Below are positions 43,263 through 53,010 of a DNA stretch of 64,000 nt, in pieces; within the stretch, counting starts at the first letter, position 1; every line of letters starts with the position of its first letter. The position numbers and the translations under genes were made by a program. Below the pieces are notes generated by a model. It was given only the letters and a program-made list of their open reading frames with translations, was not told the origin of the DNA and searched no databases. The DNA comes from Patescibacteria group bacterium (GTDB lineage Bacteria > Patescibacteriota > Patescibacteriia > Patescibacteriales > UBA12465): positions 70,102-134,101 of the forward strand of contig JAQUAK010000002.1 of assembly GCA_028687275.1 (NCBI GenBank), in the 5' to 3' direction.

Positions 43263-44384
43263 ATGAAATTTATCTGTTTACAAGAAAATCTAAAAAAGGG
43301 ATTAGCTATGGTTAATCATATAAACAGTAAAAATATTAATTTACCCATACTAAATAATATTTTAATTAAGTCTGGTGATAATGGAATAGAGTTAATTAGT
43401 ACTAATTTAGAAATTGGAATAACACATCAATTGAGAGGAAAAGTTGAGAATAGCGGAGAGATGACAATTGATGCTAAAACAATAAGTGATTATGTTAATT
43501 TATTACCATCAGAAAAAATTGAATTAGATGAAAAGGAAAATGAAGTTTCTTTAAGGTGTGGAAATTATAAAACAAAAATAAAAGGAGAGTCGTCAAAGGA
43601 GTTTCCACTTATTCCAGTCATTGATAAAAATAATTTTTGTGAATTAAATATTTTTGACTTCAAAAAAGCTTTAAGTAGTGTTGCTTTTGCCGTCGCAAGT
43701 AATGATAACCGCTTAGAGTTATCTGGGGTAATGTTTTCTTTTGATGATAAAGTATTAACTTTAGCCGCAACTGATAGTTATCGATTAGCCGAAAGAAAAA
43801 TTAAAGTTAATACTGGAAATATTGGTGACTCAAAGGTAGTTGTTCCAGCTAAAACAGTTCAAGAAATTTTAAGAATAATTTCTAATTATAGTAGTGATGC
43901 TCAGGCGATAGAATCTGATGTTGTTAAAATATATTTATCTGATAATCAAATTTTATTTAGTTTAGATTCAATAGAATTGATATCTCGTTTAATTAACGGT
44001 CAGTACCCAGATTATAAGCAAATAATTCCAGATAAATATAAAACAAATGCTAGTATTAATCGTCAGGACTTAATTAGAGCTATTAAAGCCTCCTCTATAT
44101 TTTCAAAGGCAGGGGTTTTTGATGTATCTTTAATTTTTAAGAAAGGATTGGTTAATGTTTATTCATCTTCTGGTCAAAATGGAGAAAGCTCAATTGACCT
44201 TAAGGCTGAGGTCGTGGGGGATGATAATGATATTACTATTAATTATCGATATCTTTTGGACGGTTTAAATATTATTGAGAGCGAAATAATTAATCTTCAA
44301 GTGATTAATAGTAATACTCCTTGCTCCTTATCATCAATTGATGATGAAGATTATTTGTATATTGTTATGCCGATTAGAAATTAA
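43263..44384 (+). CDS. dnaN: DNA polymerase III beta sliding clamp
   Basis: Position after dnaA. 373 aa. LAATDSYRLAERK and NGQYPDYKQIIP motifs. Confidence 0.9.
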   Translation: MKFICLQENLKKGLAMVNHINSKNINLPILNNILIKSGDNGIELISTNLEIGITHQLRGKVENSGEMTIDAKTISDYVNLLPSEKIELDEKENEVSLRCGNYKTKIKGESSKEFPLIPVIDKNNFCELNIFDFKKALSSVAFAVASNDNRLELSGVMFSFDDKVLTLAATDSYRLAERKIKVNTGNIGDSKVVVPAKTVQEILRIISNYSSDAQAIESDVVKIYLSDNQILFSLDSIELISRLINGQYPDYKQIIPDKYKTNASINRQDLIRAIKASSIFSKAGVFDVSLIFKKGLVNVYSSSGQNGESSIDLKAEVVGDDNDITINYRYLLDGLNIIESEIINLQVINSNTPCSLSSIDDEDYLYIVMPIRN

Positions 44385-44400
44385 TAAATAGTTATAGACT

Positions 44401-44430
44401 AAAAAAGACCTTTTAATAAAGGTCTTTTTT
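44401..44430. terminator. bidirectional hairpin
   Basis: AAAAAAGACC-TTTTAATAAA-GGTCTTTTTT. Confidence 0.65.
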
Positions 44431-44447
44431 AATCGATTTTATTTAAA

Positions 44448-46958
44448 TTATCTTATTAAATTATAATTAGATAATCCAGTTGCGCAATTACCCACATCAT
44501 CACAAGCAATTGCGCTAATTGTTTGATATCCATTATTAAGACCGTCTAAAGATATGTTTATTTCAGTTTCAGCTCCACCCCCTAATAGGGCGTTATCATT
44601 TAAGTAATATTTAATAGATTTAATTCCTCTTGGGGCAGTTGCAGTAACTACAACGGTGAGTATGTTGGAATTTATTACATCCCCACTCTTTGGGCTGACG
44701 ATATTTATAACAGGAGTGTTTTCTGGTTTTATTAAATCTAGATTTTCTATTATTTCCGGATTAGAGCTTTGATTATTTTCTTTAGCCCAGCGTAAGACAG
44801 ACTCTTCCCAAGTATTAAATTGAGGATCAATACTAGGATTTTCTGGGGCTGGACCTAGGGGGTCATTTTTATCAACATAATAAAGAATAGAGTGGTGATT
44901 ATAGACTTCAAGTTCAGCTTTATTTTCTTCAGGCGTGCTTGAATTAGCGGGTAAACCCGTCTCTTTGTCAATAATTATCTTCTTAGTATATTCAAGTTCA
45001 CCATCTATTGCTGCCTTGTTAGTTTTTTCATCATCTAAAGATTTAAATGTTTCTACCGGGGTTCCAGTTAAAGATCTTTTCATAAATTCATTCCAAATTG
45101 GTGCTGCTACAACACTTCCGTCAGCGCCAGCCTTCATTTTTGTATTATCTGTATTTCCAATCCAAACCCCAGCAACAAGTGATGGTGTATAACCAATCGT
45201 CCAGGCGTCACGGAAGTCGTTAGTTGTTCCCGTTTTAGCCGCTACGGGGCGATCCTCGAGGGTTAACCAGTTTTTAGGTCCAAACACATAGGAGCGGGCT
45301 TGGTTGTCGCTTAGAACGCTGTTTATCATTCTAGCAGACTTAGTTGTTAGAACTCTGCTTTGCTGATCTTTGTACTCTTCTAAAACCTTTCCATTTTTAT
45401 CTTCTATTTTTAGGATAAGGGCCACTTGATTTAATTTTCCTTCTCTGGAAAAAGCGCTAAAAGCATTAACGTGCTCTATCATTTTTACTTCTCCACCACC
45501 TAAAACAAGTGAAAGCCCAAAACGGCTACGATCACCAAGTGTGGTATAACCAAGATTATCAGCAAGATTTAAAACCTGATTAATTCCAGCTAAATAAATT
45601 GCTTTAACAGCAGGTATATTAAGTGACCCAGCTAAAGCTTGGCGAATACTAACTGGTCCTAGTTCTTTCCCGTTATAATTATGAGGTGTATACGGATTAT
45701 TGGGATCAGTAGAAAAATTAGTTACAACGTCGTAAAGCTTGGTATTGGGAGTATATCCCTGCTCAAATAGAGCGGCATAGACAATGGGCTTCATCGATGA
45801 GCCTGGCTGTCTTGGCCTATCAACGACGTTTACTTGGCCATCTATCTCGTCATTAAAATAATCACGTGATCCAACCATAGCTAAAACCTGTCCTGTCTTT
45901 GGGTCTATAGCCACTAAAGCAGCATTATTAGCATTATATTTTTCTTGGTAGTTTTCAGTCTTTTCTTTAATAATTTCTTCGGCATTTTTTTGTTTATCCC
46001 AATCAATAGTAGTATATATTTTTAAGCCACCCTGCTCCACCTCCGTTTCTCCATATTTTTCCGATAATAATTCTTTAATCATCATCACAAAATGAGGGGC
46101 AATAATATTTGTTTCTTGTCTTTCAAATTTAATTTCATAACTCTTAGCAGCGTTTTTTTCTGCTTCAGTGATATATCCTTGTTCGGCCATTAAGTCTAAG
46201 ATATAATCTTTCCTGCCTAATAATAAATCTTTATTATTTCCATAGGGAGAATAACGACTAGGCGCTTGTGGAAGTGCAGCCAGAAGAGCTGATTCTGCTA
46301 AATTAACATCACGAACACTTTTATTAAAATATTTTTGACTGGCCGCCTCCACGCCGTAGGTGTTAGAGCCATAAGGAATTTCATTTAAATACATTTGCAG
46401 AATCTCGTCTTTACTAAACTTTTTCTCTATGCGTTGAGCTAAAACTATTTCTTTGATTTTACGAACATAACTTTTTTCTGAACTTAAAACCGCATTTTTT
46501 ATAAATTGTTGAGTTAGTGTTGAGCCACCGGCCATCCGGCTATAAATAACATTAGTGACAACTGTTCTTACCATCGCCCAAATACTGAAACCGCCATGTT
46601 TATAAAAATTTTTATCTTCAATGGATATTGTAGCCTTTTTTACACTAGTTGGTATTTCTTCTAAGCTTATCAAGGTCCTTTTTTCTTCACCGTGAATCTC
46701 ATATAAGATATGTTCACCGCTACGATCATATATTTTTGTGCTTTGGGCCACCTCACGATCAATGAGTTGATTTGGGTTGGGTAAATTTCTAGAAACCCAA
46801 GCTACTAAAATAAAAGCAGTTAATAGGCCTAGGGCCATTAAAAGCATAAATGCCACAAATATTTTATTTTTTAACTTTAACTTTTTTTTAGGTGAATTAT
46901 TATTTCTCCAAAAATCAGCCTTAGGCTTAGATATGGTTCTTAGTTGTGGGATAGGCAT
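44448..46958 (-). CDS. class A penicillin-binding protein (PBP1A-type transglycosylase/transpeptidase)
   Basis: GT51 motifs EDKNFYKHGG and GGSTLTQQ. Transpeptidase SSMKP (SxxK), SLN and KTGT. Extra Ig-like C-terminal domain. Confidence 0.9.
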   Translation of the reverse strand: MPIPQLRTISKPKADFWRNNNSPKKKLKLKNKIFVAFMLLMALGLLTAFILVAWVSRNLPNPNQLIDREVAQSTKIYDRSGEHILYEIHGEEKRTLISLEEIPTSVKKATISIEDKNFYKHGGFSIWAMVRTVVTNVIYSRMAGGSTLTQQFIKNAVLSSEKSYVRKIKEIVLAQRIEKKFSKDEILQMYLNEIPYGSNTYGVEAASQKYFNKSVRDVNLAESALLAALPQAPSRYSPYGNNKDLLLGRKDYILDLMAEQGYITEAEKNAAKSYEIKFERQETNIIAPHFVMMIKELLSEKYGETEVEQGGLKIYTTIDWDKQKNAEEIIKEKTENYQEKYNANNAALVAIDPKTGQVLAMVGSRDYFNDEIDGQVNVVDRPRQPGSSMKPIVYAALFEQGYTPNTKLYDVVTNFSTDPNNPYTPHNYNGKELGPVSIRQALAGSLNIPAVKAIYLAGINQVLNLADNLGYTTLGDRSRFGLSLVLGGGEVKMIEHVNAFSAFSREGKLNQVALILKIEDKNGKVLEEYKDQQSRVLTTKSARMINSVLSDNQARSYVFGPKNWLTLEDRPVAAKTGTTNDFRDAWTIGYTPSLVAGVWIGNTDNTKMKAGADGSVVAAPIWNEFMKRSLTGTPVETFKSLDDEKTNKAAIDGELEYTKKIIIDKETGLPANSSTPEENKAELEVYNHHSILYYVDKNDPLGPAPENPSIDPQFNTWEESVLRWAKENNQSSNPEIIENLDLIKPENTPVINIVSPKSGDVINSNILTVVVTATAPRGIKSIKYYLNDNALLGGGAETEINISLDGLNNGYQTISAIACDDVGNCATGLSNYNLIR

Positions 46959-47180
46959 ATTATTTATAATATTTAGGTGTAGTTTCCGGAAATACTGTAT
47001 TAATTATTAAACCGGAGCCAAACTCAACTTCCGCACAAACATCCGGGCTTGGTTGAATTTTTAAGTAAAAATGTCGATTAGTATTAATAATGATTATTGT
47101 TATTATATCAGATTTCTTATTTTTAGTGAAAAATATTTATATTATTGATATTTTAGAAAATAAGATATAATGTAATAAAT

Positions 47181-47957
47181 ATGTTAATTACCAGCTTACA
47201 AAATAATTTAATAAAAAACATTGTCAAATTGCGAAAAACTCGCAATAGAAAACAACAAGAATTAGTTGTTATTGATGGTTTAAGGGAAATTAAAGTTGCC
47301 TTTGATTATGGTTTTGACTTTAATTTATTGCTTCATTGTCCAGAAATTAATAACGAAAGCTGGCTAGAAGCACCTTTAGAAATTACAACTGTCAGCAAAG
47401 AGGTTTTTCAAAAAATTGCTTATGCTGACAATCCTAATGGTTGGCTAGCTCTTGTTCAGCCGCGTTATCAACAGTTAAAAGATTTAAAGATTAATAAAAA
47501 CCCCCTAGTTCTAATTTTAGAAGCAGTGGAAAAGCCTGGAAATCTTGGAGCGATGCTTAGAACCGCTTATGCCGCCAAAGTAGATGTAGTTATTCTAAAT
47601 GATTTGCAAACAGACCTTTATAATCCTAACGTTATTAAAGCTAGTTCTGGTCATGTGTTTAGTGATCAAATAGCGATGGCTAGTAAGTCTGAAACCCTAG
47701 AGTGGCTAAGGGTAAATAAAATTAGTATTTATTCTACAAACATAACTGCTGCTAAGCCATATGATAAAATTAATTGGAAAAAGGCGTCGGCTATTGTTAT
47801 GGGAACGGAGGCAACTGGTCTGAGTAATTTTTGGATTGACAATGCTGATAATAATATTATTATTCCCATGCAAGCAGGAATTGATTCTTTAAATGTATCG
47901 GTTAGTGCTGGGGTTGTGATGTTTGAGGCAAGAAGACAACGTAATTTGAAAAAATAA
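47181..47957 (+). CDS. TrmH/SpoU-family RNA 2'-O-methyltransferase
   Basis: LEAVEKPGNLGAMLRTA, VMGTEATGLS and IPMQAGIDSLNVSVSAGV are the three SpoU motifs. Confidence 0.8.
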   Translation: MLITSLQNNLIKNIVKLRKTRNRKQQELVVIDGLREIKVAFDYGFDFNLLLHCPEINNESWLEAPLEITTVSKEVFQKIAYADNPNGWLALVQPRYQQLKDLKINKNPLVLILEAVEKPGNLGAMLRTAYAAKVDVVILNDLQTDLYNPNVIKASSGHVFSDQIAMASKSETLEWLRVNKISIYSTNITAAKPYDKINWKKASAIVMGTEATGLSNFWIDNADNNIIIPMQAGIDSLNVSVSAGVVMFEARRQRNLKK

Positions 47958-48029
47958 GGCTAATTTTAGTCATTATTTTTATTTGACAGTCTAGTTTTTA
48001 TCTTGTATTATCAGAATATTGTAAAAAGA

Positions 48030-48101
48030 GCGCCCATAGTTCAATGGATAGAACACCAGCCTTCTAAGCTGGTTATGTAGGTTCGATTCCTACTGGGCGT
48101 A
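48030..48101 (+). tRNA. tRNA-Arg (anticodon TCT)
   Basis: Anticodon stem-loop CCAGC-CTTCTAA-GCTGG, T-arm GTAGGTTCGATTCCTAC, G1-U72 wobble in the acceptor stem. Confidence 0.85.
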
Positions 48102-48130
48102 CATTAGATTAATAATTATTTATTATATAT

Positions 48131-48289
48131 ATGACAGACAAGAAAGTAGTAAAAAAGACAGCCACAAAAGCAGCTAAGAAAAGTCCAGTTAAAGTTGATA
48201 AAACTAGAGCTGAAATTGAAGAATTATTTTCAGCAAATTTCGGTTGTGATTGTAGTTGTTGCTCACATCATTGTGGAGAAGAAAAATAG
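48131..48289 (+). CDS. possible small Lys-rich / Cys-His-cluster peptide (52 aa), not on ORF track
   Basis: Hand translation gives MTDKKVVKKTATKAAKKSPVKVDKTRAEIEELFSANFGCDCSCCSHHCGEEK. No obvious SD. Lies between two same-strand tRNAs. Confidence 0.3.
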   Translation: MTDKKVVKKTATKAAKKSPVKVDKTRAEIEELFSANFGCDCSCCSHHCGEEK

Positions 48290-48312
48290 TCTTAAGTAAT
48301 TAAGATAATTAT

Positions 48313-48384
48313 GGTGCCTATGGTTTAGTGGTAGAACAGCGGATTGTGGTTCCGTTAGTCCGGGTTCGATTCCCGGTAGGCACC
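48313..48384 (+). tRNA. tRNA-His (anticodon GTG)
   Basis: Encoded G-1 opposite C73, anticodon loop TTGTGGT, T-arm CCGGGTTCGATTCCCGG. Terminator hairpin at 48396-48421. Confidence 0.9.
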
Positions 48385-48760
48385 CCTAGTTGAGAAGACG
48401 AGTTTAAAAGCTCGTTTTTTCTTTTATATAAGGCAAAAAATGGAGTTTGCCATTCATATTTCACCCCTAGATGGAATAATTGTAGGTTTTTCATCACTGT
48501 TTAAATTATTGTATTATTTAATAAAATCAGTTTGTTTTCTTTCTAATAAATCAAAAAAGGAGTTTTGTACCTCAAAAGCAAGATCATTTTCTGGTCTCAA
48601 AACGTTACTTATTTCAACTATTGAAAATTTAATTTCTTGATCATGTGTTCTCATAGTTATATTTTATCAAAAAAGCATAAAATAGCATCAAAGTAATTGG
48701 TTTTTAATTAAATTATTGATAATATAATAATATATTTCAAAAGTAATAATTTTTAAAAAT

Positions 48761-49897
48761 ATGGCTAGTTGGAGTTTTAGAAGGAGAATAAAAATAATAC
48801 CAGGTGTAAGACTAAATTTTAGCAGAGGAGGAATAAGTACTTCTATTGGAATTAGGGGCGCTAATTTTACTTTTAGCAAAGATGGAACATACCTGAATAC
48901 CGGGATTCCCGGAACAGGTATTTATAAAAGGCAAAAAATTTCCTCATCATCTAAATTAAGGAATAATTTAGCGAGTGAAGAAAATGATAATCTAAACCCT
49001 CAACCAATAACAGAACAAAAAGATAATATTTTTAGTGTAGAACCTGATAAAATTACTAGTCAGAATATGGAGGGCGTAAAACAATCTATAATAGATGCTC
49101 ATTGTCAACGAAAAGAACTGGTAGTAGATATTAAAAAAGTTAAAAAAGATTTAACCTTGTCAAAAATAAAACTTTTTTTAATTTATCTTTTTATTATTGG
49201 ATTTATTTATAAAAAAATAACAGAAGAAATAAAGAAAAATATTATAAGTCAAAAAGAGGCAATTTTAGAATTAGAAAAACAAATAAATGAATCGTATGTT
49301 CAGTTAGATGCTGAATTTGATAGCGAATCTCTGAATAAGTATGAAAAGGTTTTTGAAAGTTTTAAAGAATTAATGGGGATAGAAAAGATTTGGGACATAA
49401 CAAGGGAGGAGGAAAATGACAAAACAAAAACTAGATCATCAGCTTCTAGGGCAATTGTTAGAAAAGAAATAAAAATAGGGCTTAAAGATTTGGAAGATAT
49501 TAAATATAGAAAGCAATCCTTGTATTTTAGTAATGCTAATGGAGCGGATTTATATTTTTACCCAAGCTTTATTGTTATGCAAGGAAAAGATAGTTTTGGT
49601 GTTTTAGGCTTAGATGAAATAGAATTTAATTTTAATAGCGCTAAACTTGTTGAAGAAGAAAAAGTTCCTAAAGATTCAGAGATTATAGAGTATACCTGGT
49701 TTAAGGTTAATAAAAATGGACAACCAGATAAAAGATTTAAAGATAATTATCAAATACCAGTTGTGAAATACGGCGTTATTAACCTAAAAACAAAAAATGG
49801 ATTAAACGAAGAATATCAATTTAGTAATTACCTGATAAGTGAGAAATTTTCTAATGCATTTTTAGAGTTTAAAAAAATAGTAGAAAAATCAAATTAA
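48761..49897 (+). CDS. DUF4236-domain protein with central TM helix
   Basis: N-terminus SFRRRIKIIPGVRLNFSRGGISTSIGIRGANFTFSKDGTYLNTGIPGTGIY is the DUF4236 pattern as I recall it. TM segment LFLIYLFIIGFIY. Confidence 0.5.
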   Translation: MASWSFRRRIKIIPGVRLNFSRGGISTSIGIRGANFTFSKDGTYLNTGIPGTGIYKRQKISSSSKLRNNLASEENDNLNPQPITEQKDNIFSVEPDKITSQNMEGVKQSIIDAHCQRKELVVDIKKVKKDLTLSKIKLFLIYLFIIGFIYKKITEEIKKNIISQKEAILELEKQINESYVQLDAEFDSESLNKYEKVFESFKELMGIEKIWDITREEENDKTKTRSSASRAIVRKEIKIGLKDLEDIKYRKQSLYFSNANGADLYFYPSFIVMQGKDSFGVLGLDEIEFNFNSAKLVEEEKVPKDSEIIEYTWFKVNKNGQPDKRFKDNYQIPVVKYGVINLKTKNGLNEEYQFSNYLISEKFSNAFLEFKKIVEKSN

Positions 49898-50517
49898 TGT
49901 TTAATTTTATTAAATCACAAAGAAAGATTGGCGGTGAAATTGCCTACCACAATTTAACTGAATGGTGGGTTGAAACATTTAATAAGCAAGAACGGGATTA
50001 TATTGTAAAGACATTTCAGCCCCTTGGTGGTTCTGGTAGTGCCTTAATAAAAGGTGAAATTCAGTATAGCAGTGGCAGTGCGGTTTCTTTATTGGCTAAC
50101 TTAGCAGGGTGGTTTAAAAATGTTAAAGACAGAGAAATTGGTTATAAATTATTAGATAAAGCCGAAAAACTAATTACCGATAATACAGAGATATTGGATA
50201 TTCATTTTTTTTATCATAATAAAATAGAATTTTATTATCGTTTTAGAGCAATAGATCAAGAATCCTTAGACATTGCAATTGAGGCTTGTAAAAAACAAAT
50301 TAATCTATCCTCTCATGCTAGCATAGCTTTTACAAAAGAATATGAGTGTCAAAGATTACCAATACATACTGGCTATGAGCAGTTGGCTATAATTTTAGAA
50401 AAACAAGAGAAATATGACGAAGCAATAGGTTTATGTAAACAAGCTAAAGAGCAAATATGGAACGGCGAATGGGACAAAAGAATAGAAAGATGTATAAAAA
50501 GAAAAAATAAATCATAA
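49897..50517 (+). CDS. hypothetical protein (206 aa)
   Basis: Start overlaps the upstream stop (TAATG). No motif recognised. Confidence 0.4.
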   Translation: MFNFIKSQRKIGGEIAYHNLTEWWVETFNKQERDYIVKTFQPLGGSGSALIKGEIQYSSGSAVSLLANLAGWFKNVKDREIGYKLLDKAEKLITDNTEILDIHFFYHNKIEFYYRFRAIDQESLDIAIEACKKQINLSSHASIAFTKEYECQRLPIHTGYEQLAIILEKQEKYDEAIGLCKQAKEQIWNGEWDKRIERCIKRKNKS

Positions 50518-50529
50518 CCTTAAACTTCA

Positions 50530-51273
50530 ATGGAAAAGTATTACCAGCTTTTAGAGCAGTTAAGAGGAATAGGGGATAAGTGTTTACTTAATCATCCGGA
50601 ACCGCAAAACGAAAAAGAAGCGTTATTACTTTATGCTATTGCCAAGGCGGATAAAACTCTTTGTGCTGCCGCTCTTTTGTGTCGCAATGGAATGGGTGAG
50701 GATGCTTCTATTTTATGTAGAAGTATTTTTGAATTATCCTTAACAATAGAATATATTTTTAGCGATCAAACCAATGATTTAGCTAAAAGATATTTTAGAT
50801 ATGATTGGATTCAAAGAAAAAAGATGTATGGTTATATGATTAGATCTGGTAGATTTCAAAAGTATTTATTATCAACAGAAAGCCAACAAATAATTTCTAC
50901 CATTAATAAAGAAGCAAAGAAGGTGAACAAAAAATATAATTATGGTAATAGTTGGTCTGATAAAAGTATTTATGAAATGGCTAACAGCACCGGGTTACTG
51001 GGTTTATATGAAACTGCTTATAGGATACAATGTAATTTGAGTCACTCTAACCCAAGATCATCTAACGATTATTTTAAAGAAGAGGGTGGTCGTTTAATTC
51101 TAAATTCTGGCCCAAGTGACAATTTGGTAACAGAAACGCTCGTTACTGTTTTTGGTTGTTATCTTCATATTGTGGTAAAGATTAATGATTATTTTAATAA
51201 GGGCGTAGGAGCGGATATTAAAAAAATTGAAGATGAATTTATAAATTTAATAAAAGTAGCTAATAATAGTTAA
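50530..51273 (+). CDS. hypothetical protein, DUF5677-like (tentative)
   Basis: All-helical. AALLCRNGMGEDASILCRSIFELSLTIEYI resembles the DUF5677 core as I recall it. Unverified. Confidence 0.35.
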   Translation: MEKYYQLLEQLRGIGDKCLLNHPEPQNEKEALLLYAIAKADKTLCAAALLCRNGMGEDASILCRSIFELSLTIEYIFSDQTNDLAKRYFRYDWIQRKKMYGYMIRSGRFQKYLLSTESQQIISTINKEAKKVNKKYNYGNSWSDKSIYEMANSTGLLGLYETAYRIQCNLSHSNPRSSNDYFKEEGGRLILNSGPSDNLVTETLVTVFGCYLHIVVKINDYFNKGVGADIKKIEDEFINLIKVANNS

Positions 51274-51477
51274 TTTATTAAATATTCAATCAAAAAACTT
51301 TTCCAAGTTTTGTGATTAGCCGCACCCTAGAAGTGAATAAGAAATATCCCAATAAAAAGGGGTATTTTTTTGTTATAAACGTACAACCATTAGAGGGAAT
51401 GTGAACTAATCATTGACAAATATATATAAATGTGATATAGTGATTTGTTAGTAATTGATCATTAAAAAATATTTTTT

Positions 51478-51524
51478 AAATTGATTGCCAAGGGCATAGT
51501 TACTATGCTTTTAGCAATCAATTT
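51478..51524 (+). promoter_or_regulatory. nested perfect inverted repeat upstream of 51558 ORF
   Basis: AAATTGATTGC (51478-51488) / GCAATCAATTT (51514-51524) enclosing GCATAG-TTA-CTATGC (51494-51508). Confidence 0.4.
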
Positions 51525-51557
51525 AAATCATTAATATTCACAAAAAAAAACAGAAAA

Positions 51558-51998
51558 ATGGAAGCAAAAACTAAACTGCAGCCTGGTTACAAAACGTTAG
51601 CTACGGAGAAAAACGTCTTAATTAAATTTCCACGCGCAAATGATAAAACAATGCCTTACATAGAAAGGCACAAGTTTTTAAATGACGAAGGAAGACTTGT
51701 AGAAGTAGCCTCTCACTTTAAGGTGGAGGATTATTACAACAAGAACATCTTAATAAGAAACTTCTTTATTTATCCCGGGCTTCGGGGTCAATGGTTGGTG
51801 GTAGATGAAGTATCAATTGTTGAAAAAACCGACAATTATAGAAAAAAAACCACTATAATCATTGACATTAAAATGAAAGGTTTGGATGCCGGTAAATTGG
51901 TTCCAAAGAGCAAACTTTCAATTGGCTGCTCTTCTGGTCGGGTTGAAATACCTGGCGCTCCAGGCTATTTTATTGACTTTAAGCCAATGGGAAAATAA
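51558..51998 (+). CDS. hypothetical protein (146 aa)
   Basis: ORF followed by a strong terminator at 52018-52046 (AGGCCATCT-CCCC-AGATGGCCT plus T-run). Confidence 0.4.
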   Translation: MEAKTKLQPGYKTLATEKNVLIKFPRANDKTMPYIERHKFLNDEGRLVEVASHFKVEDYYNKNILIRNFFIYPGLRGQWLVVDEVSIVEKTDNYRKKTTIIIDIKMKGLDAGKLVPKSKLSIGCSSGRVEIPGAPGYFIDFKPMGK

Positions 51999-52135
51999 AA
52001 AAAGTCATTCAAGTGTCCAGGCCATCTCCCCAGATGGCCTTTTTTTATGGCAGAAATATTAGTAGTATATATTTCTAGAGAAAATGTTAATTTAATGGTA
52101 ATATAAAAATATAAGAAAGCTTAAATAATAATTAT

Positions 52136-52978
52136 ATGATCGATGGTAAAAGTGAAATTTTAAGTGATGAAGAAGAAATCAGAGTTCTTAATCTAAACGA
52201 CAAGACTAAAGCTCTTAATGAGCTTGAAGTGGAAGATATTGAAGGTCCTTCCAATGAAGATCCTTTAGTGGTAACTGATTTTTTAAAGCTTATTGATGTG
52301 GCTAAGGAAAATAAGCTTGATATTTTGAGTGCACGCGAAATTCTTAGTGGTGGTGTTTTTGGTCCAATTTACACTTTTGAAGCTAAGGAATTAATTAGTG
52401 GCAAGAAGATAAAAATTGTTGAGCGTTGCTTTAGTGAAATTAAGGATGTTGAAAGACGTTTTGCTTCGGTTAATGTTAGCATGCCTTGGCGGAAAGACTC
52501 TGAGCCACGCTATGAAATAAGAAACAATAAAAATGAAAATAAAAATCGCTTAATAATTGATTATTTGTATAATGAAGAACAAGCTTTGAAAAATCTACAA
52601 GGCATTAAAGGTATTCCTGCTTTCTATGGAGCGGTTTATGATGAGTTAAATGGCTCTATTTTAGAGGAATATATTGATGGACCAGATTTAAGCATGCTGT
52701 TATTAAGGGATAAAAAGGATCGTCAAGAATGGGACGTGATGGAAATTTTTGAAAAATTAAAACAAATATATATTCAAGCAGCTGAAGTTGGCTATATTCA
52801 TAATGACCCTAGTCACTCCACGGTTATGTTGGATAAAAAAAGTCAGCAACCATATTTAGCTGACTGGTATTTATGTTCTCGAGGTAATATTGAGGCTGAT
52901 GGCCCAATTAAAGATAAATATGTACAAGGGTTAAAAGAGATTGAAGATTTGAAAAAGGATTTATTAGAAGTTATATAA
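52136..52978 (+). CDS. atypical protein-kinase-fold protein (Kdo/RIO/APH-like), tentative
   Basis: YIHNDPSHSTVMLD resembles the HxDxxxxN catalytic loop and LADWY a DFG-equivalent. N-lobe Lys candidates are present, but there is no clear Gly loop. Confidence 0.35.
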   Translation: MIDGKSEILSDEEEIRVLNLNDKTKALNELEVEDIEGPSNEDPLVVTDFLKLIDVAKENKLDILSAREILSGGVFGPIYTFEAKELISGKKIKIVERCFSEIKDVERRFASVNVSMPWRKDSEPRYEIRNNKNENKNRLIIDYLYNEEQALKNLQGIKGIPAFYGAVYDELNGSILEEYIDGPDLSMLLLRDKKDRQEWDVMEIFEKLKQIYIQAAEVGYIHNDPSHSTVMLDKKSQQPYLADWYLCSRGNIEADGPIKDKYVQGLKEIEDLKKDLLEVI

Positions 52979-53010
52979 ATAAAAAAGCCTAATTATCTAA
53001 GTAATTAGGC

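Noticed and set aside
48387-52100. Second tRNA-associated island integrated at tRNA-His
   Set aside because: I found no integrase or recombinase gene and no duplicated copy of the tRNA-His 3' end by eye. It is kept only as an accessory-looking region, not called a mobile element.
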